Source: Tolypothrix carrinoi HA7290-LM1 (GTDB taxonomy: Bacteria > Cyanobacteriota > Cyanobacteriia > Cyanobacteriales > Nostocaceae). Taken from it: a DNA stretch of 64,000 bases. A model generated the notes under the pieces. That model was not told the origin of the DNA. It worked only from the letters and a program-made list of their open reading frames with translations, and ran no database searches. The stretch spans positions 1 to 64,000 of the forward strand of contig JAHHIK010000020.1 of assembly GCA_019358935.1 (NCBI GenBank), written 5' to 3'. A program made the translations under genes and the position numbers. Positions within the stretch are counted from its first letter, which is position 1. Each line of letters opens with the position of its first letter. Below are positions 20,045 through 28,659 of the stretch, piece by piece.

Positions 20045-20815
20045 ATGGCTTTTCTTAATAAAATTACCAATGCCAACGTATTAATTGTAGGAGCCAGCCA
20101 AGGTATTGGTTTAGGTTTTGTACAAAACTTATTACAAGATGACAGAATAACCAAAATTTATGCAACCTATCGTCAAAGAGAATCTGCCTCAGAATTAATC
20201 ACTATTGAAAGCGAAAACTCTGAAAAACTAACTTGTTTACAGATAGATATTACCGACGAATCGCAGATTATCGAAGCTGTTCAAAAAATACGCTCAGAAG
20301 TCAATAAACTCCACTTTGTTATCAATTGTGTCGGATTACTGCATGATGAAAGTTTGCAACCAGAAAAAAGCTTAAGACAAATAAATTCAGATAATTTACT
20401 CCGCTACTTTCAAGTTAATAGTATTGGAACTGTGCTACTTGCTAAACATTTATTACCGCTATTTCGTCATCAAGAACGCAGCATTTTTGCGAGTATTTCT
20501 GCTAAAATTGGTAGTATTGGTGATAATCAACTTGGTGGATGGTATGGCTACCGAGCATCCAAAGCCGCACTCAATATGTTTATGCGAACAGTGGCGATTG
20601 AGTATGGTAGAAACAGCCCGAAAACTATAGTTGTGACATTACACCCAGGTACAACCGATACACAGCTTTCTCGTCCATTTCAAGGTAATGTACCAGCAGA
20701 AAAATTATTCTCAGTCGAGCGAACTGTTAGCCAGTTGTTGACAGTTATCGAACAGCTTCAACAAGAAGATAGCGGGCAGTTTTTTTCCTGGGATGGTAGC
20801 CGATTGCCTTGGTAA
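20045..20815 (+). CDS. SDR oxidoreductase (CsgA/C-factor-like)
   Basis: GASQGIG, YGYRASKAALNM, LHPGTTDT, FFSWDG. Confidence 0.85.
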   Translation: MAFLNKITNANVLIVGASQGIGLGFVQNLLQDDRITKIYATYRQRESASELITIESENSEKLTCLQIDITDESQIIEAVQKIRSEVNKLHFVINCVGLLHDESLQPEKSLRQINSDNLLRYFQVNSIGTVLLAKHLLPLFRHQERSIFASISAKIGSIGDNQLGGWYGYRASKAALNMFMRTVAIEYGRNSPKTIVVTLHPGTTDTQLSRPFQGNVPAEKLFSVERTVSQLLTVIEQLQQEDSGQFFSWDGSRLPW

Positions 20816-20869
20816 AAATAGGGAATAAAGTAGTTAATGTTTAATAATTAAGATTTAAATAAATTTAAT

Positions 20870-20912
20870 TAAGGTTAAATTTAGAGAAAAATAAGGTTAA
20901 AAAAAGGTTAGT
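20870..20912 (-). promoter_or_regulatory. Probable Pho (SphR) boxes upstream of phoD
   Basis: AGGTTAA at 20872 and 20894, AGGTTAG at 20905 (TTAACCT-like on minus), spaced 22 and 11 bp. Confidence 0.55.
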
Positions 20913-21189
20913 TATTTATTAAATTTAAACTATTACCATGAGCAGGAAGCGATTCTATTGATGTCAATATGAATTGCTCATATTCTTGACAAATTAACGC
21001 ACCCTTAGTATTGTTCTAGGTGTTACTAAAGATAATCATTTTTTTGATTGGATTGCTATTTAAATCAGCAAGGAACGAAAATTAACTTTGGTATCTACCC
21101 TTTGGAATTTCCATAGGGCAGTTTCGTGGTTCGTTGTGGTTCGGTTTATGAAAGTCCGTGTAGCATTTTAACTACGGTTCTGAAATTTT

Positions 21190-22776
21190 ATGAAATCCAA
21201 TCCACTCAAGCTAAACCGGCGCCAGTTTTTGCTAAATTCAGCTATGACCAGCGGTGGAATAATTGCCACAAATTTTTTAGCAAAATCAGGTTTCGCTCAA
21301 GCACCTGGTATCATCACATCAGACAAAGAGCGTCCTAGCATACCTTATGGAGTAGCTAGTGGGGACATTGACGGTAATAGAGCTGTCATTTGGAGTCGTA
21401 GCGATCGCCCAGCGCAAATGATTGTAGAATATTCTCTAGATGAATCTTTCCGTAACGTGGAGCGTGTCAAAGGTGCAAACGCCTTAGAAATCAGCGACTA
21501 CACAGCACGGGTTTATCTGAGAAATCTGCCATCACAGCAGCAGATATTCTACCGAGTTATTTTTCAAGATTTAGCTAATAAAAGGAAGTATAGCGTCCCC
21601 GTTGCTGGTACTTTCCGAACTGCCCCTGCGTATCGTCGAGATATATTCTTTGCTTGGTCGGGGGATACTGCCGGTCAAGGATGGGGTATTAATCCAGAGT
21701 TTGGGGGAATGAAAATTTACGAAAGTATCCGCAAACTAAATCCAGACTTTTTCATTCATTCCGGCGACAATATTTATGCTGATGGTCCGATTCAATCAGA
21801 AGTAAAGCTTGATGACGGCACTATCTGGAAAAATATTACCACAGAGGAAAAATCAAAAGTTGCGGAAACTTTAACAGAATATCGTGGTAACTACATTTAC
21901 AACTTATTAGATGAAAACGTGCGTCGTTTCAATGCCCAAATACCCCAACTTGTACAATGGGACGACCACGAGGTAACAAACAACTGGTATCGTGGCGAGA
22001 TACTAGACGATAATCGCTACACAGTCAAGGACGTTTCCTTACTAGCAGAGCGGGGAAATCAAGCGTTTTTGGAATACGTACCGATTAGATTGGATAACAA
22101 CGACCCAACCCGAATTTACCGCTCTTTTAAGTATGGTCAATTACTAGAAATTTTCATGCTTGATGAACGCAGCTATCGCGGACCAAACACAACTAATCGT
22201 CAAACAGAACAAAGTGAAGAAACGGCATTTTTAGGTAATACACAGGTGCGTTGGTTGAAAAACCAATTGCGTAAATCAACAGCAAAGTGGAAAATCATTG
22301 CCAGTGATATGCCTATTGGATTGGTAGTTCCAGATGGTAATACTAACTTTGAAAACCTCGCTAACGGAGATGGTCCCGCATTGGGACGAGAACTAGAACT
22401 TGCCGATTTACTACAGTTCATCAACCGCAACAATATTAAGAATGTTGTCTGGTTAACTGCTGATGTACATTACGCAGCAGCTCATTATTACGACCCTAAC
22501 AAAGCACAATTTCAAGACTTTAAACCGTTCTGGGAGTTCGTTGCAGGTCCTCTCAACTCTGGCACATATGGACCCAACAAACTCGATAATACTTTTGGTC
22601 CAGAAGTGAAGTTTCTCGCTATACCTCCAGATTTGAAAGCGAATCGACCTCCAAGTGAGGGTTTCCAATTTTTCGGCACAGTCAAAATTGACAGCAATAC
22701 AGAAGTGATGACAGTAGCATTGCTTAACTTAGAAGGTGAAACTCTCTACAATGTAGATTTGCCACCAGAAAAATAA
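21190..22776 (+). CDS. phoD: Alkaline phosphatase D with Tat signal
   Basis: LNRRQFL Tat motif, GVASGD, HSGDNIYAD, WDDHE, LTADVHY. Confidence 0.93.
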   Translation: MKSNPLKLNRRQFLLNSAMTSGGIIATNFLAKSGFAQAPGIITSDKERPSIPYGVASGDIDGNRAVIWSRSDRPAQMIVEYSLDESFRNVERVKGANALEISDYTARVYLRNLPSQQQIFYRVIFQDLANKRKYSVPVAGTFRTAPAYRRDIFFAWSGDTAGQGWGINPEFGGMKIYESIRKLNPDFFIHSGDNIYADGPIQSEVKLDDGTIWKNITTEEKSKVAETLTEYRGNYIYNLLDENVRRFNAQIPQLVQWDDHEVTNNWYRGEILDDNRYTVKDVSLLAERGNQAFLEYVPIRLDNNDPTRIYRSFKYGQLLEIFMLDERSYRGPNTTNRQTEQSEETAFLGNTQVRWLKNQLRKSTAKWKIIASDMPIGLVVPDGNTNFENLANGDGPALGRELELADLLQFINRNNIKNVVWLTADVHYAAAHYYDPNKAQFQDFKPFWEFVAGPLNSGTYGPNKLDNTFGPEVKFLAIPPDLKANRPPSEGFQFFGTVKIDSNTEVMTVALLNLEGETLYNVDLPPEK

Positions 22777-22806
22777 AAAGCGCGGCTTTCGGTAGGGTAA
22801 ACGCAA

Positions 22807-22848
22807 AGAAGGTGCGAAGAAACTTGATGTTCTTCGCGCTTTCTTTTT
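22807..22848 (+). terminator. Possible hairpin terminator after phoD
   Basis: AAAGAAGGTGCGAAGAA/TTCTTCGCGCTTTCTTT followed by T residues. Confidence 0.45.
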
Positions 22849-23027
22849 GGCTAATTGTTGTCAGTTCTCGAACAACTTCAATCATGCGATCGCGGGTATT
22901 TTTTTCACCTGAGTATGTTAAATCAATTAAATTTATACAAATCAGATAAAATAAAATCTATCTTATGACAGATTTACTCAAACTTTTGCCAACAAAACTC
23001 GCCATAGAGTATATTTATAATTAAACT

Positions 23028-23445
23028 ATGTCAGCTAGAGACATTTTTCACAATGCTGTTCGCGTTGCTTTAGAGAAGGATGGGTGGATAATTACCCACG
23101 ATCCTCTATCAGTTAAAGTTGATGAAATTGACTTTTATATAGACTTAGGAGCAGAAAGGATTTTAGCTGCTCAAAAAGCTGGTCAAAAAATTGCAGTTGA
23201 GATTAAATCTTTCTTAGGTGCATCGGAAGTTAGTGATTTTTATGTAGCTCTTGGTCAGACGCTCACGTACCGTTCAGCATTACGGAAAAAGTACCCCAAC
23301 CGAGTATTATACTTGGCAATTTCTGAGGATATTTATCAAGATTTTTTTGTTAGACCTTTTATTCTGTGAAGTAATAGTTGAATACCAACTTAAGCTTCTT
23401 ATTTTTTCTCAAATTAAAGAAGAGGTTTTGCTATGGAAGGAATAA
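23028..23445 (+). pseudogene. xisH: XisH family protein with a frameshift near 23367
   Basis: ARDIFHNAVRVALEKDGWIITHDP..IDLGAE..AVEIKSF; the C-terminus EVIVEYQLKLLIF..LWKE is in another frame. Confidence 0.8.
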
Positions 23446-23762
23446 ACTACCGTGAATTAGTGCAGTCAATACTCAAAAGTCATTCAATCCACCACTCAAA
23501 TGACGATACAGAAATACAGCTAATTTTTGATACAATGCACGACCATTATCAAATGCTTCATTTGGGATGGGAAGAACTGAGACGCGTTTACGGTTGCATT
23601 ATTCATGTTGATATTAAAGATGGCAAGATTTGGATTCAGCGTGATGGAACTGAGGTAGGTGTGGCTAATGAGTTAGTGGCTGCTGGAGTTCCGAAACAAG
23701 ATATTGTTTTGGGTTTTCAGGCTCCATATAAGCGGAAGTTTACTGAGTTTGCTGTTGGATAA
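23433..23762 (+). CDS. xisI: XisI family protein
   Basis: DHYQ..GW..RVYGCIIHVDIKDGKIWIQRDGTE..GVPKQDIVLGF. Confidence 0.92.
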   Translation: MEGINYRELVQSILKSHSIHHSNDDTEIQLIFDTMHDHYQMLHLGWEELRRVYGCIIHVDIKDGKIWIQRDGTEVGVANELVAAGVPKQDIVLGFQAPYKRKFTEFAVG

Positions 23763-23769
23763 AAAAGTC

Positions 23770-23793
23770 TATATTAGTATCAACCGCGACCAT
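23770..23793 (-). pseudogene. Remnant start of a PIN/VapC toxin gene
   Basis: ATG overlapping the antitoxin end encodes MVAVDTNI (PIN DTN motif), then runs into xisI antisense sequence. Confidence 0.55.
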
Positions 23794-24043
23794 GCCATGA
23801 TTTTTCTATACCTTGGCGTATCGCATTATCCATATCCTCAATACTTTGCGATTTACCTTGATATTTTAAGCAACCAGCTACATCATCCAATGTGGTTTCT
23901 GGAAAAGGTTTTTTAGGTTTGAGAAGAATACCATCACCCATATCAATAGCGATGAGTTCTTGACCAACTTCCCAATGATGCGCTTCCCGCAAAGACTTGG
24001 GAATAATAACTTGTCCTTCACTAGATAATTTTGTGATTTCCAT
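23780..24043 (-). CDS. AbrB/MazE-type antitoxin
   Basis: TKLSSEGQVIIPKSLREAHHWEVGQEL..GILLKP. Confidence 0.85.
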   Translation of the reverse strand: MEITKLSSEGQVIIPKSLREAHHWEVGQELIAIDMGDGILLKPKKPFPETTLDDVAGCLKYQGKSQSIEDMDNAIRQGIEKSWHGRG

Positions 24044-24152
24044 GAGTTCATAAAGCTAAAAAAGTAAGAATGATGCCAGAATTGTATCATTGACATCGAT
24101 AACTCAGTGTTTCATGCTGAGATTTATGAAATAAATTTTTAATTCATAAATT

Positions 24153-24389
24153 ATGACTCGTTTTCTCATTGGTACAATTGCTGCTGCTGGACACGTCAAT
24201 CCGGCTTTACCGATCGCCCGCAAACTTGTAGAATGCAGACACGAAGTATGGTGGTATACCGGGAAAGGATTTAAAGATAAGATAGAAGCAACTGGCGCAC
24301 ATTATATCCCGATTCGCACAGGCATAGATTTAACTGACATTAATACTATTCCCGAATCTTGGTTGAAGCAAAAAGATGCTAATAAGTAG
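24153..24389 (+). pseudogene. N-terminal fragment of a GT1/MGT-family glycosyltransferase
   Basis: AAAGHVNPALPIARKLV..HEVWWYTG..IEATGA; stops after 78 aa. Confidence 0.7.
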
Positions 24390-24433
24390 CATTTTGTATT
24401 GCAATAAGTAGGAGAACTAAATTAAACGTAAGC

Positions 24434-24669
24434 TCGTAGTAAGGAATGCGCGTCCTTAAAATGCTTTCCCAGAGCGATAAATCGCTCACCCTTCTCTTCG
24501 AGACGCTGCGCGAACGGGTTCTGAAGTCGCTCATGGGGGAAACCACGGCAGATGCGTGACTGTCGGCGTTCGCCCTTGGCGTTGCCGAAGGCTAGCCGCC
24601 CAACGCACTGCCTCCCCTTGGCGGAGCGCCTCTCCCTTTGGGAGAAGACCGCGCTGGCTCACTACGAAC
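24434..24669. repeat. Multiply nested cluster of mini-elements inside a TCGTAGT..ACTACGAA repeat
   Basis: Contains 45-nt-family pieces (CTCATGGGGGAAACC..AAGACCGCGCTGGCTC; ACGGCAGATGC..CCAACGCACTGCCTC) and GTTCGCCCTTGGCGTTGCCG. Confidence 0.7.
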
Positions 24670-24752
24670 TCATATTTTATTTTATATTTAATTATGTCCA
24701 CCAACTTATCTCCAAACAACAATAATTTTTTCCTCTCTATCTCCTAGTGATT

Positions 24753-26138
24753 TCACGAAATCATCTTCTCTAAGGCTGTTTGCAAATCTCGCTTCAAATC
24801 ATCAACCGCTTGTCTGGCACTAACGCGATTTTTCTGATAATTTGAAAAACGTTCTGTAACTGAAATTGGCTCACCGATTGTTACCCGCGTTTTTCGCCAA
24901 CCTAAGCGAGGTCTTGCTGGGTTTTTATCTCCTTTAATGCGGGAAATTAAATCAAACAGAATTAACGATGTTTCCGCAAATCTTTCAAAAGTAGGCTTTT
25001 CTTTGATATAATTTTCTGTAACCGCCACAAAACTCTCGGCTAAACGCATGTGTAGCATCCGCAGAGATGCTTCTTCGGCAATCCAATCTGCCAAGCCGCG
25101 ATCTAAAGGCGATAAATTATTTAAATCTGGTAAATCTCCTCGGTAAATATCTTCCCAGCCGGCGGACTCGATGCGGCGACAGCGTTCAATTACTGTTCCT
25201 TCACTTTCCAAATTAAAATACTGTTCGGCTGCTTGCAAGCCTTTATTTAATATCGCTTGAAGTCGAGTATCAATGTCTTGGTTAGGGTTAGCAGATGGTG
25301 GTTGATGATAAAAGCGATCGCTAAATTTTTCCATCTGCGAAAGCACATGTTCACCAAGCCGCAAAATTCGCTCCGGAAAAAGTTTTTCTCTGTCAGTTGA
25401 TTCAGTAATTGGCTGTACCGACAAACCGCTATCAGATTCTAATTTACTCAAAAGCCAATTCAGTTTTTTCCAACTTGGATTAATGTAAGAATATTGAATA
25501 GCGATCGGCACAATTAAAACTGACTCAGACCGATTAGCTTTCGCCAAATCTTCTGCACACCAAAAGCCTAACTGAGGAACTCCAGGTTCTAAAGCACTGA
25601 CAATTTCACTATGTCCGTTAGTGCCTCCTTCTGGCGCTACACTAATAGGCAACTTGCCATTAGCAAACAAATCCCGCGCTGTTCGCAGACCAACTCTATC
25701 GAGTCGCTTACCTCGATAAATCGATAACCCTCCCAAGCCAGACAACATCCAACCCAGCCATTCTCCAGCCCAAAGAGTCATCCCCCGGTCATAAAGAAAA
25801 TAAGAATGAGCCGGGTATTGTAATGAAATATTCTCTTGACGCGCTACCCTCGGTACAGCCTTGGAAAGTAAATACATCATCGAGAGGGGATCGTCAACTT
25901 CAGCATGGCGAAACGCCATTAAAAAGCGAATTTTCCCGTTTTGAAATTGTTGGTAGAGATTGACTAACGTCTCTACATTCACAGTTTCAATTTGCGCGAT
26001 ACCCGCAGGTAGCCACGGTCGAAGCCGAAAGCGCTGCAACACTGGCAAAAGCGCTTTGACAATATAGTATACAAACAAATTAAAGCGCTGTGGGATAAAC
26101 TCTAGACGTGGTTGAGCGCGGTCAATCGGATGCGGCAA
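24753..26138 (-). CDS. Phospholipid/glycerol acyltransferase family protein
   Basis: FRHAEVDDP (HX4D), APEGGTNG. Confidence 0.8.
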   Translation of the reverse strand: MPHPIDRAQPRLEFIPQRFNLFVYYIVKALLPVLQRFRLRPWLPAGIAQIETVNVETLVNLYQQFQNGKIRFLMAFRHAEVDDPLSMMYLLSKAVPRVARQENISLQYPAHSYFLYDRGMTLWAGEWLGWMLSGLGGLSIYRGKRLDRVGLRTARDLFANGKLPISVAPEGGTNGHSEIVSALEPGVPQLGFWCAEDLAKANRSESVLIVPIAIQYSYINPSWKKLNWLLSKLESDSGLSVQPITESTDREKLFPERILRLGEHVLSQMEKFSDRFYHQPPSANPNQDIDTRLQAILNKGLQAAEQYFNLESEGTVIERCRRIESAGWEDIYRGDLPDLNNLSPLDRGLADWIAEEASLRMLHMRLAESFVAVTENYIKEKPTFERFAETSLILFDLISRIKGDKNPARPRLGWRKTRVTIGEPISVTERFSNYQKNRVSARQAVDDLKRDLQTALEKMIS

Positions 26139-26200
26139 AGTAACTCTCCAGGTTGTATTCCTTGAATATGGGGAATCTCTAACTTAGCGAAAAATCAGCG

Positions 26201-26290
26201 TTTGACGCTAAATCTCAATTGATGACCCTTGCCTTATATAATCTAGAAGGGAAGATTCTGTACAGCGTAGATTTGCCGCCAGAAGTTTAG
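26201..26290 (+). pseudogene. 3' remnant of a second phoD-like gene
   Basis: FDAKSQLMTLALYNLEGKILYSVDLPPEV* aligns with the PhoD end IDSNTEVMTVALLNLEGETLYNVDLPPEK*. Confidence 0.65.
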
Positions 26291-26343
26291 TAGGACAAGG
26301 AGGACAACCGAGTAAATGTTTTCTCTCGTGTTTCCCCTTTTTC

Positions 26344-28167
26344 TTATGGATAAAAAATTTTAAGTGCAATCTCTATAAGTAAATTCTTATGATTAATTAT
26401 TTCTTGCTGAGTCCAACTAGTTTGCGCTGCAATGTCTCTAGTCAATAATACAGATGAAGCTTGATAAAGGGGCTTTTTTGCAATGAAGGTATCATTACCA
26501 CCAGAAGTATTCTGTGCTGGGTCTAAAATGGTAAGATTTCCCAAAGAATTTTTCATAGGTTCCAGATTAGAGTCCAGAACACTTTTATCTATATTTTGTG
26601 GATATATGTGTTCAATCGATGTACCTGCAAAGTCATATACTCTACTTTTATCTATACATTCGGCATTTCCAATAGCACCATTTTTATACCACTGATAGTA
26701 ATATTCTACTGTCATTAAAAAGTACTTTAGTGGCTTATTACTACGACCTGAATCTTTATATTCAATAGCTTCAATATTATTTATAAATGTACGATTTGGC
26801 GCTTTTTCATCTATCAGTTTCTGTAATTTTTTTATCAAATTTGATACATTGTAAGAATCTGGATTTTGTCTAATTGCAAGTGACTCCTGAGAGTAAATGG
26901 TTTTTAGCGGAGTGACATGCTCATTACATATTATTTTGTAGCGGAAGAAGACCTTCTCTAAAATCTGTACTATTTCTGAAAAACGTTTATGGTCGAGCTT
27001 ATAAGCGGCTAGAAATAATGGAATAGATAATTCATGCTCAAGTTCTTTTAGAAGAAGATTTAAACGAGTCCTATCCCAACTAGTAATGGGTTGTTTTGGT
27101 TCATATAGCCACTGTCCTTTAACCAGTAGTCTACAGCTTTTAATATCCACATGTATATCACTTACTGTTTTATATACTTTTTCAACCTCATTTTCTGTAA
27201 AATTACCCGTTTTATGATTCTTATGCTGAGGAAAAAATTTATCGATAAACATATCAAATAAAGAATCTTGCCTAGCTCTGTTACCCTGATAAGACTCGTA
27301 AATCCAATTCAAATATTTTTCTGTATCTGATGGAGTATCTGCGAGTATATCATCCCATAAATTTTCAACACTGTCTTGATATTGACTAAATCCTTCTACA
27401 ATTTCTAAAGTTTTCGCCTTTAAGAAATCTCCTACTGTTAGATTTGTACCTCTATCATTAATAACCTGAAATAAGCGGAATGCATCTTCTTTACTATCAG
27501 TTACCATATATAGTATTGTAAAATCATTATCTATAATATTTTGGATAATTTCAATATTATCCATTTTTTCTTCTAATGTGGAACTATTAATGATATCTGT
27601 TACTGCTTTAAGTAAAGCTTTATATGCATGAAAAATTTTGTTATGAGAGTCTCGTGAAACTAATGGATTCATACCTCGAATAAGTTCTTTATAGAAAGGA
27701 TGATCTCTCCTTGAGAGTCTCAAAACTTCTACAGAATTTATTTTTCTTTGAACCTCTTGGCTAAACTCTATGAACCTTTCAGAAAGAATTTTAATTCGAC
27801 CTTCAAGTATAAGTTGATTTCCAGAGTCTTCTGACTTCTTAGCTTGTTGTTTTAACTCTTGATATATCTTGATGAGACAAGATACTAATATACTGAAGGT
27901 TGCTATTCTTTGCTGACCATCAATAATTTCATATTCATGTTGATTTACAGTTCCTGCAACAGGATATCTTACACAAAGAACCCCTCCGAAAAAGTGATTA
28001 ACAGGAGAGTTTGTTTTTCTTCTGTCAAAGCAGTTCTTTAAATCTTTTATAAAGTCTTCTACGGATTCAGAACTCCATGCATAAGCTCTTTGATATTTAG
28101 GGATAAAAAACATGGGTCTGTATTCAAAGAGGCTTCCTACAGAGGTATATGTTGGTTCAATCTTCAT
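26344..28167 (-). CDS. GmrSD-family (DUF262 + DUF1524/HNH) modification-dependent restriction nuclease
   Basis: IPKYQRAYAW, IIDGQQR, FQVINDRG; C-terminal SIEHIYPQ..LGNLTIL..N. Confidence 0.85.
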   Translation of the reverse strand: MKIEPTYTSVGSLFEYRPMFFIPKYQRAYAWSSESVEDFIKDLKNCFDRRKTNSPVNHFFGGVLCVRYPVAGTVNQHEYEIIDGQQRIATFSILVSCLIKIYQELKQQAKKSEDSGNQLILEGRIKILSERFIEFSQEVQRKINSVEVLRLSRRDHPFYKELIRGMNPLVSRDSHNKIFHAYKALLKAVTDIINSSTLEEKMDNIEIIQNIIDNDFTILYMVTDSKEDAFRLFQVINDRGTNLTVGDFLKAKTLEIVEGFSQYQDSVENLWDDILADTPSDTEKYLNWIYESYQGNRARQDSLFDMFIDKFFPQHKNHKTGNFTENEVEKVYKTVSDIHVDIKSCRLLVKGQWLYEPKQPITSWDRTRLNLLLKELEHELSIPLFLAAYKLDHKRFSEIVQILEKVFFRYKIICNEHVTPLKTIYSQESLAIRQNPDSYNVSNLIKKLQKLIDEKAPNRTFINNIEAIEYKDSGRSNKPLKYFLMTVEYYYQWYKNGAIGNAECIDKSRVYDFAGTSIEHIYPQNIDKSVLDSNLEPMKNSLGNLTILDPAQNTSGGNDTFIAKKPLYQASSVLLTRDIAAQTSWTQQEIINHKNLLIEIALKIFYP

Positions 28168-28215
28168 GCAAATTTTACCGTGTAAACTGTGTCTGATAGT
28201 TTACACTAAGTGAGT

Positions 28216-28320
28216 ATAGCAATTCTATTTTAGTTGTGAAAATTGACTTTTCTTCAGATCCCCGACTTCTCCAAGAAGTCGGGGATCTTGTTTTTTCACG
28301 AATCATTTAGGACTGCTATA
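28216..28320. mobile_element. MITE-like element with an internal palindrome
   Basis: TATAGCAATTCTA..GTGAAAA versus TTTTCAC..TAGGACTGCTATA; internal AGATCCCCGACTTCT/AGAAGTCGGGGATCT. Confidence 0.65.
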
Positions 28321-28659
28321 TCATTAGCTTGATTAGACCTCACGCATTATTTAGCATTCAAAACCTCATCAACCTGAAAAGCAAATTCGGAAATGGGATG
28401 TAGCCAGCTAAACTAATCAATGCAGGAACTCTCGTCTTGATTTCGTTTGTCTTTCTGCTGTTGCCTCTTCCTATCGCTGGTTTTGTATAACAATAAGCTA
28501 AGGAGAAGCGTCAACTGCCTAGCTTTTATGTAAAGTATAGACACGCAAAGAATACTAAGAGTGTTCTTTGCGTCCTTGACTTCTTGGTGAGTCCAGCCCC
28601 CGACGGGCGCGGTTTAGAGCGATCGATGGGGGACTGGCTCTCCCGTTGGGCGGTTCGTT

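Noticed and set aside
23028..23762. Heterocyst fdxN-type excision element
   Set aside because: xisH/xisI are present but no XisF recombinase or interrupted nif/fdxN gene; such pairs are widely dispersed in Nostocales
28347..28398. Possible Uma2-like C-terminal remnant (PFPNLLFQVDEVLNAK*) on the minus strand
   Set aside because: Too short to support without a search
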